Source: the human T2T-CHM13v2.0 reference genome, Homo sapiens
NCBI RefSeq assembly: GCF_009914755.1
Contig: NC_060927.1
Reading direction: 5' to 3' (one strand)
Length of the DNA stretch: 64,000 nucleotides
In this document: one piece after another, positions 55,316 to 64,000 of the stretch
Layout: every line of letters begins with the position of its first letter
How positions within the stretch are numbered: position 1 is the first letter of the stretch
Translations under genes and position numbers: made by a program
Notes under the pieces: generated by a model
What the model was told of the DNA's origin: nothing
Databases searched by the model: none
Seen by the model: only the letters and a program-made list of their open reading frames with translations

Positions 55316-55881
55316 GCATATTAAATAAAAACATGGTTGATTTTTCCTCACCACTAATACAAAGTTTGATGCACTTGGAAATTACCACACTCCAGTATAG
55401 TGGGATTCCAAGAAGACCACTCCTGGTTTAATGAGACTGACTCTTATCTGGATGAGTTTTAAGGTCTCAGGGTCTACCAGTAGATCTGAATATACTCCCC
55501 TCCATGATCTACCCAGTATCACCCAATTTATGTACCAGAACAAAAGTATTCAGGGTATTTTTCTCTTATATAGAAAGCATTTAGTTGGAGGTATGCCTAC
55601 AGAAAATCTAGTTATAAGATATGGTCTGGTCTCCCTTGAATGGTCTTATCTTTCCTGCCTACTGACACTCACAGCTGACGTAATGTTTATTTGAATGAGC
55701 AAAACACAGCTTACTATCAACAATTTTATTTGATACAGGAACCATTAATCTTTTATTAGATATAGAAGTAGATTTTCATGTGTTCTTTTGGTATTTATAA
55801 CTAATGCACATGGGAGAACAAAAACAACAAATCAGGCAAGGGAGAGTTGGCTTTAAGTATATATATTTTGGGTATTATGCA

Positions 55882-56448
55882 TATAACGGAAAGTCAAAAA
55901 TCTCAAGACCCCAAACTCATTATGCTAAAGAGAAAGTTAAGCCTGGAGACTGAGTCATGCAACATTGCCATCTTTTTCCGAATGCATAGCTGTTATTTTA
56001 CAACCTTGTGTCAAAGCATTACACAGACCCCCACAGAAAGGCAAAATGCCGTAGGTCTAGACTGCCTTACAAATTGTTATTTGCTGGCTTCAAAACCTTT
56101 CAAGATGTAATCCTCCCATAAAATAAGGACATGTCAATTGTATAGATCTGCAATCTAAGTCTAGCTCCTAAAATTAAAGCCTATTAGATTTCACACTGAT
56201 AATGCTTATCTTCTCAGGTACAAAACAAAGACAAGATGAATCATTCCTCTACCTACCCCCCTCTTCCTACATGCCTTTCCCCATTTAAGAAAATGTCTAA
56301 ACACTAAGCCTGCTGAAAACCTCTTCAGAGAAACAAAAGCCATGGAGGTCTTCTGTGTCTCGTGTTTTTCCCAGGCACACACTTAAGCTCTGGCTCAATA
56401 AATCTCAATTGACAAGGATTCATTTCAGTCACTCATTTTGGTTAATAC
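55882..56448 (+). mobile_element. ERV1 solo LTR (LTR48/MER4-group-like)
   Basis: 'gaccccaaactcattatgctaaagagaaagttaagcctggagactgagtca'; AATAAA at ~56397; ends 'ttttggttaataca'. Confidence 0.7.
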
Positions 56449-56465
56449 ACATAAGGTTTAGAAAA

Positions 56466-56590
56466 TACAAATGCTCCTCAATTTATAATTGGGTTACATC
56501 CAGATAAATCCATTGTAAGTCAAGGAGCATACTGAATGTAAATTACTTTTGGACTATCATAAAGTCAAAAAGTGTAAGTCATATTCACTA
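56466..56590. mobile_element. MER47/Tigger5-like fragment
   Basis: TA plus 'caaatgctcctcaatttataattgggttacatccagataaatccattgtaagtc'. Confidence 0.7.
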
Positions 56591-56804
56591 TGAAAGAGTA
56601 AATTTGTATTATGTGCACTGATAAAAATGTAGGATTCTGTATCTGCTTGCTAATAACACTTTTTAAGGGAAAGTTGCATGCCTGGTAGCCCCATGGATTA
56701 TGTCCCTATTTAGTGTACTCTCTGGATTTAAATTCATATTGATAAGAATTAATATGAAAGAGAAAGCATATACAATTTAAATTTTAAAACTCTGTGTTTT
56801 GAAA

Positions 56805-57125
56805 TATACAAAACAACTCCTGGAACTAGCAAGTGAGTAGGGCAAGTCACAGGATACAAGATCAAAATGCAAGGGTCACTTGTATTTCTGTATACTTCAA
56901 TGAATACCTAGAAATCAAAATTTAAAATACAATACCATTTATAATCACTGAAAAAATACTTAAATATAAATCTAATAAAATATGTACTAGACTTGTATGC
57001 TAAAAATGCAAAATGCTGGTGAAAGCAATTAAAAATTTAAGAATGGAAGGATGTACTATGTTCATGGATTGAAAGATCAACAAAGTAAAAATGTCAATTC
57101 TTTCTAAATTGAACAATAGTTTTTT
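56805..57125 (+). mobile_element. L1M ORF2 fragment
   Basis: 'ctcctggaactagcaagtgag..caggatacaagatcaa..tgttcatggattgaaaga'. Confidence 0.8.
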
Positions 57126-59399
57126 AAAAAACTACATTTTGGACTACCTATTCTTTACAACTTGATGTCAGAGACCCTGAATTGAAATGAAGTATCTACA
57201 CAGCTGCCTGGCAAAGGAGGGAGGAAAATCAAGAATTTGGCCTAGGACAAGAAGTATTGTGTGCAACCACTCCTGAAAGTGGTATTTTCTTCAAGGTATT
57301 TGGCGGGGGTGGTCAGCCAGACAAGTTTAAAGAGGAGGTGTTTGCAAGTAAAGAGTAGGAGGGGAGCCCCTGGGGCAATAAGAAAGTTTGAGGATAGCAA
57401 AGAAGAGATTTGGAAGTGAATAATATACTCAAAAGGCAAAGTGGGGGAGAAGTGGGGAGTGGGGTACTATACATTGAAAAATTAAAGGATCCAAAGAGGC
57501 AGTACTCAATAAAATTATAGGGCATTTTAACTTCTTACCCACAAGACAGACATAGCTAGTCTCTGCTGTGGTGTTCGTAAATCGCTGAATAGCATTTGTT
57601 GAGGTGAAAAATAGCTCCATTGAATCCAGAAATATTTGATAATGGGTACTTATTTTACCACATAAATCTTAATGGAAAAAATATCCTGTTTCAACCATGT
57701 AATTGCTGCCTAATTGTCTTGTCTTTTGTTACCGAGAAAACAGAATACAAATTGATTGTTTTTAAATTTCTATGGTGTTCTAACAATATTTGCATTACCC
57801 CCAAAGAAATATTTGGATAAAGACAAAAGTGGAAAAATCTTAGGTTTTGGCAACAGACAGGACCGTATTAGAATTACAGCCTCATCACTCACCAAAGTAA
57901 AGACTACCTGCCTGAACCTCAGTCTTTTCCAATGGAGACAATAAGAACTTCCAGTACTACTGTGGGGATTAAAAACTATATATGGGGAAGCTTTTAGCAC
58001 AATGTTGGATACATTGTTTGCATGTAGTCATTGATAAATATTATTACATCATTATTATTTGGTGAATCTTCAGTATAACACTATTTATTATAAAATGTTA
58101 TTTTGTATATTTTGGATCTTTCTGGGGACAATTAATCCAGAGGATACTAGTCACTGCTATATCAAAAAGACCCTGTATGAAGCAGGCTTACTTTTTTAAG
58201 GCTGTCTCCTGGAATGCATCCCAAGGATAGAGTTATAAGGAGGTCTTATTTATTTTGCAAAACAAATTACAAACCCCACGTAGTAATAAACTGTATTAAG
58301 ATAAAATAGAAAAAGTGTACTACAGATACTTTTTTCTTTAAGATGCCCAAATATTGTTTATCCATAATATAATTATAAAATAATTAATAGATTTGCCCAG
58401 AATATTGCAGGAAGTCACAGCAAAAGTCATACATAGTTTCACTCCTCAGAAACCCAGATTTTTTTTTCCCCTCTCAAATCCTCAAAACTCAGCAAAGTGC
58501 TCTGAATCACTGAGGTGTTTAATGAATTCACATTCCCAAATTTTTGTGGGATTAAATTGCATTGTTTTACTAGAAATCTTTGAGGTGAAAAGAAATGAAT
58601 AAATTCCTCAAAAGAAGTAATCATGGAGGTCCTTCACCACCAAGTTCAATATTATACTTTTAGGCATTCATCTGTTGATTATGTAGGGTCCCCTTTTTTA
58701 ACTGAACCCCAAGTTACTCTCTCTGAAACTCTCCCTCACTCACTTTGTTATTAATACCCCTCAGATTCCCACGTGGTTCAGGAACCCAGTGAACCCTGGA
58801 ACATTTGGCCATACTGAGTCTGCTTGTCATGTTCTAATGTGAATGGAAACATTTTATATTATAATCTTAAAAAGAGAACAGCAGGGAAAGTTTAGAAAGA
58901 ACAAGTTCTCAGGGAAAGTCAGAGAAATCAAATTAGCTGGGAAGATTTGACTTTCACAAAAATATTGCCTTTACCCAGAGTTCTTCCTGAGGTCTGCTCT
59001 GTAAGTGAACTATGTCTGTGGAAGAAAAGCACAGTGGAATTTGACTACAGAAAAAGCCTGGTATTTTTAAGAGTTAAGAAAAGAAATCATAACTCCAGCT
59101 CTTTTCATAATCATAAATGGTGATTGCCCAGACCTATAAAACTTTACAATGGAAGAGACCTCAGAGATGATAAGATCCAGTCCCTTCATTTTACTGATAA
59201 TGAAACTGAAGCCCAAAGGTATTACTGGATTTTCTCATGGTCATGCAGATCCAAGCTGAAGATGAAAACCCAGGACTCCTCATGGGAGGCTCCTGTGGGC
59301 CAGGTTCTTTATACCATCCTAGCCACCACCTTAGGTCACCATATATTTTCAAATATTTCTTTTCATAGTAATCTCCTCTTGTGTGTCCGGTAACCATTT

Positions 59400-59945
59400 T
59401 ATCAGGGCTCTGGACATATTGCCCCAAAATATGACCAGAGGAGACCAGAATATGCCACCCCAAAATATACTTTTAAGATCTATTTTGAGCTAGTTATCCT
59501 GAGAGACACCAGACATGGGAGTAGCTCTGAAAAGCTGCCCTTTTGTAATAGAAATGTTTATCAATAAAGGAAACCTACATTAGTAAAAGTATCTGCATCA
59601 GAAAGAAGGCTGCTTTTAAAGACAACTTTTTTACCTGAGAAACTTCTTGTCTTGTAACAAGACAATCTTTATTTACCATACATTTCTTCCACTCACCAAC
59701 CCCCCGATAACTTGTCTCCATCACCCCCAGATGCCCCCAGTCCTTATTCCTTTCCATAGCTCAGGATAGTATGCAAGCTTCAATCACCTGGCCCTTCTTT
59801 GAGTCTCATATTGTGTGGGACTCTTGTGCTTATGCACATAATTAAATATGTTTTTTTTTTCTCCTGTTAATATGTCTTATGTTAATGCATAGCCTGGCCA
59901 AAGAACCTGAAAAGGTGAAGGGAGGCCATTTTTCCCTCCACTACA
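59400..59945 (+). mobile_element. MER34-family ERV1 solo LTR
   Basis: 'ccccaaaatatgaccagaggagaccagaatatgccaccccaaaatata' through 'tttttccctccactaca'. Confidence 0.85.
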
Positions 59946-60154
59946 ACCTCAAACTTAACACAAGAGGACCTTCCTGGTTAACGTTTGTCATTCCATTCCC
60001 AGTGCCTAGACTACTGCCTGGCACTATGTAGACCATCTGTCTACCTGCAAGAATCATAGAGACTTGAATACAAGGTCTACTCTCAGAGGGAGAGCTGTCT
60101 ATTATAGGCCTGTAGATCAAACTTTGTGAAAGTAACTTTGTAACCCATTGCCCC

Positions 60155-60698
60155 TGTGGTGGATTAACGATGGCCACAAATTCTTTGACAATACTCCCAT
60201 CAGGAGTAGATCTAAGTTTCCTTGCCCCAGAACCTAGATAGGCCCGTAACTGCTTTGGCCAATACAATACAGCAGAAGCAATGCAGTACCTATTTCCAGG
60301 CCCAGGTGTGAGAAACTGGAAACTTCTACCCCTTTGGAACTCTTTCTCTCTGGGTACCCTGAGCTACCAGGTAATGTCTGACCAGCCTAAGACCATCGTG
60401 CCAGAGAAGCCACGTGTAAGCACTCCAGTTGACAGAATCCACTGAGCCCTGTTTTGTAGGCTTCCCTGTCAAGGCACCAGACATGTGAGTAAAGCTATCT
60501 CGGACCTTCCAGACCAGCCCATCCACCAGCTGAACACCACCCAGTGATCTCAGTCAATGACAGAGGGAGCAGAAGAATTGCCCACTGACATTGCCTGAAT
60601 TCCTGACCCACCAAGCCAAGAGATATGGTGAAATGGTTGCTACCTTAAGCTGTAAGTTTTAGAGTAATTTGTTATGTAGTTAACAGATAACCAGAATA
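60155..60698 (+). mobile_element. MLT1G-like solo LTR
   Basis: 'tgtggtggattaacgatggccacaaattctttgaca' through 'gtaatttgttatgtagttaacagataaccagaata'. Confidence 0.85.
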
Positions 60699-60749
60699 GG
60701 CCCCAACAACAACAAAACAAAAACAAACAAACAAAAGTCTATGCCCTTA

Positions 60750-61200
60750 TGGAAGGTCTCAATTAATAATGTGTTTGACTGTAAATAACAGAAAACCCCA
60801 TTTAGTGGCTTAACCAGATAACAGACCTCCAGAGCTGGGCAGCCTAGAATTGGTACAGCTTCCCCACGTTGCCCCCAGAGACTCAATCTCCTTCTGTCTT
60901 CCTGCCTGCATCCTCAGGGGATGACTACTCTGCCTGTAGCCAGGCAGCAGGTTTGAAGACAGTAAAAAGAGGCAAGGGCAAGACAGTACTTCTTTTGAAA
61001 AGTTTTTCTAGAGGTTTCAGTCAATTACTTTCCCTTACATTTCATTGGCAAGATTTGGGTAACAAGGGCCACCTCTAGCTGCAAAGGAGTCTGAGAAGAC
61101 AGGTGCTTTTAGCACAGCACATCGTCACCCACATGGTAACTGGGATTCTGTTAGAAAGGAAGAATGGCTATTACCTAAGCAATTAGTGTCTGCGGCAGGA
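60750..61200 (-). mobile_element. Old MLT1 LTR
   Basis: 'cttacatttcattggcaag..ggccacctctagctgcaaaggagtctgagaa'. Confidence 0.65.
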
Positions 61201-62130
61201 ATTCTTCCTGTCCTGGGACCTCAAACTGAGCAGTGGCTGCTTGCTGCTTAGCTCCTGCTTGCTGAGTTCCTACAGAGAAATGGTTCAGAGCATAAATCTC
61301 GCTGGAAGGGTAGGAAAGGGGGCTTATCTTGAAGTCGAATTTTCATGGAAAATGCACTGTTTTTTGCTTACTTGTATGTTCACTGGGGATGGCTTAGGGA
61401 AGCCTATAGAAGTTCTTTTGGAGGGGAGCACCTCCTCTTCCCCCACCAAGTACCCCTTGAAGCTGACATTGTCTTCTTGGGCGGGGAAGCACCAACAGTC
61501 ATAGTTACTCTAAGGCATAATTTGAAATTTGCTCTTCACAAATATAAAAGGCCTTAATAACTAGGTCAAAGCGTAACAATCATTGCTGTATGTCTTTGCA
61601 TGACAAATGAACAAAGATGCAAAAATTTCAATAGCACCCATATATACAAAAACTCATTACAAAAATGGAGACTTGTCATGTTTGGAACAAGAATTAAAAA
61701 AAAAAAAAAACTCATCTGAAATCCAAATACCTCACAAGCACTTGAATGTGTAACATGGCCTAAATGTTAATGAAGCAATTCGGCTCACTCAGCAGGATGA
61801 GCACAAAAGAAACCCTTTTCAAGACACAGCTGTCAACAATTACACTTGGTGGGGTGAAGCTGGCTGATATTCAGCATCTTAAAACTCATGGAAATGTGGA
61901 GTCTATTTGACCAAAAACCATTCCAGACTCCAGGGAAGACAGTAAACCCCTGTTTATTTGGCAGTCCAGAGAAAGGAGAATGGGATATTCTAGTTAGCCA
62001 GGCATCCCCACCCAGCTCAGAAATAAATAACAAGGTTTTTTTGTTTGTTTTATTTGTTTTTGTTTTTAAGATTCAAAGTGATACAGAAAGCACGTAAGGA
62101 TGATATGGGAGCTAACCTACCCTTTCATTG

Positions 62131-62184
62131 ATGCGGAGGTTTGGATGGCATGCGGACGGTCTGGATGGCATGCGGACGGTCTGG
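62131..62184. repeat. 20-bp tandem repeat, ~2.7 copies
   Basis: Unit atgcggacggtctggatggc. Confidence 0.93.
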
Positions 62185-62814
62185 CAGGGCCTCAACGATT
62201 TCCTAATTGTCAAGGAGAACTTTTTTTTAAATTTTAACTTTCTGGTTATCTATGTTTTTGTAAAGAGAAGTTCATTTTACTCTATTATGACGATTAAGCG
62301 AAGAGAGCCTCCATTCTGGCTGAGGAGTGCTCTTCAGAGAATTACTCCTCTTACCCCAGCACACGCCCACACGAAACTAGCAGACAGATTTGTACATAGT
62401 GGCTCTTTGACCACAGAGAGTCAGACCAGCATTAAGTCCTCACCAAAGTGAGGTAATCAGATTCTCCTTATTGGAAGGTTGAGGGGTCTGAATTCAGAGA
62501 AGCCCTACTATATATACCAGTTTCCTTGAGCAGAGAATATGTGAATTTGGGATGCAAAGTGACCATTTTTTACCTTGTGCAAAGAGAAGGAAAGGGTCAG
62601 ATGGAGAAAAACAAAAGTAGGAGGTGAGTGTGCTGAGTGAAGAACAGAAGAGAAACAACATAGCCTGAGAAGGAGACTTCCCAGAGTGGCCACCTGGGTT
62701 TCCAATAGCCTCTAGTTTCTAGTTCTTGCTTCCCATGAGGCATGACTGTACTTCTTGTCCTGTTTCCCTGGGGCTCCCATGTATCCTTCCTGTTTGACAT
62801 AAACTGGTTTGAAT

Positions 62815-63265
62815 GATTTGGCAACTGCTATCTGCTGTTTCTCCAATCTTTATTCTCCCCTTCTTCCTGACTAGTTGAAACCCAGTTTTATTCAGAGCAG
62901 GTAAAAAGACCACAAAATTGGAGGTCACTGGAATTTTCAAGAAGTTTCTTAAAGAGGGTAGACTAAGTTAGAAGGCATGCCATTTTGCCCTTTCTCTTTC
63001 CTTCTCATTGTGTGGAAAGCAGGCATGATTGCTGGAGTTCCAGCAGCCACTTGTGATCATATGGCAACCATAAGGAGTGAAGCCAGTGCTAAGGATGATG
63101 GAGCAGAGGAACAAAAGGACCTAGGCCCCTGGCAACAAGGTAAAGCTTTCTTGTGAACCCAAGACTGTCACCTTCCATGTGTTATGTTATGTGCAGAAAA
63201 ACAGACTTCTAATTTGCTGGAGTCACTAGGGTTTTTATTAGTAGCAGCCAGATGCAATTCTAAAT
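62815..63265 (+). mobile_element. MLT1K-like LTR
   Basis: 'gattgctggagttccagcagccac..gctaaggatgatggagcaga..gcagccagatgcaattctaa'. Confidence 0.7.
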
Positions 63266-63544
63266 GTCACCAATGGCTGTTAGTTCCTTGCTGCCAATCC
63301 TGAACACAGTTTCACATATCTTATTACAAATTCTACCAAATATTCCCATGGATGTTGTGAGCAGTGGCTGCATCATGTGCTATCCATATGAAACACTCTT
63401 CAAAGAACAAAGGAAGATAATGCAGTTTCTGTACCATCTGCAGCTTCTTAGTTCAGTGCTGGTGGATGTGACCTAGGAGGCTTGTGATGGGTTAGTCCTC
63501 CTCATCCTTCTCGTCCTCCTCCTCCTCCTCCCATTTTCTTTCTC

Positions 63545-63822
63545 TTTACAAGGAGGGAGGGCAGATCCACATGACCAGTGGTATGCCAGGCCTAGATTAA
63601 CTTCTTGAGTTATTGCCAACATCTAGAGAAACAACACTTTTCATCCTAAGGCTACTAAGCATAGTGTACTTATACAGGAAGTACAGATTACAAACTAATT
63701 TTGCTCCAATCCCCCACTTCACATTGAAAGACCTACCTTAAACTCAACTTCAAAATCTCAAGAAATGTCCCAACTGCCCTTCCTACTCTGAGACACCATC
63801 AGGCTCTGTCAAGGTAGCATTC
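63545..63822 (+). mobile_element. MER67-like LTR, interrupted by an Alu
   Basis: 'gaaagacctaccttaaac..ctctgagacaccatcaggctctgtcaaggtag'. Confidence 0.6.
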
Positions 63823-64000
63823 TTTTTTGTTTTTGTTTGTTTGTTTTGAGACAGAGTCTCGCTCTGTTGCCCAGGCTGGAGTGCAGTGGCTCAATCTTGG
63901 CTCACTGCAACCTCCGCCTCCTGGGATAAAGTGATTCTCATGCCTCAGCCTCCCAAGCACCTGGAATTACAGGTGCATGCCACAATATCTGGCTGATTTT
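63823..64000 (-). mobile_element. AluS, cut by window edge
   Basis: T-rich tail followed by the right monomer. Confidence 0.92.

Overview
Primate (human-like) genomic DNA, AT-rich and dominated by decayed interspersed repeats: Alu J/S/Y, L1 PA/PB/MA/MB/MC/ME, L2, MIR, MaLR/ERV solo LTRs and hAT/Tigger DNA elements. I find no intact protein-coding gene, RNA gene or CRISPR array; nearly all listed ORFs are repeat-derived or chance. Firm non-repeat feature: a full-length processed RPL32 pseudogene (9928-10497). Most interesting signals: (1) an orphan CpG-rich promoter-like segment at ~43.1-43.5 kb with RFX-, MYB-, E2F6- and CRE-like motifs; (2) ~3 kb away, an old Alu that kept most of its CpGs and grew a 26-bp minisatellite, together suggesting a germline-hypomethylated locus; (3) a near-full-length ancient L1MC1 whose 5'UTR appears precisely spliced before retrotransposition; (4) a ~400-bp segment at 5.1-5.5 kb that reads as a terminal exon with an open frame on both strands; (5) nested, twin-primed and template-switch structures. 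Repeat subfamily names come from recalled consensus sequences, and boundaries are approximate unless TSDs are given. No novel system is demonstrated; the gene-level ideas are hypotheses.
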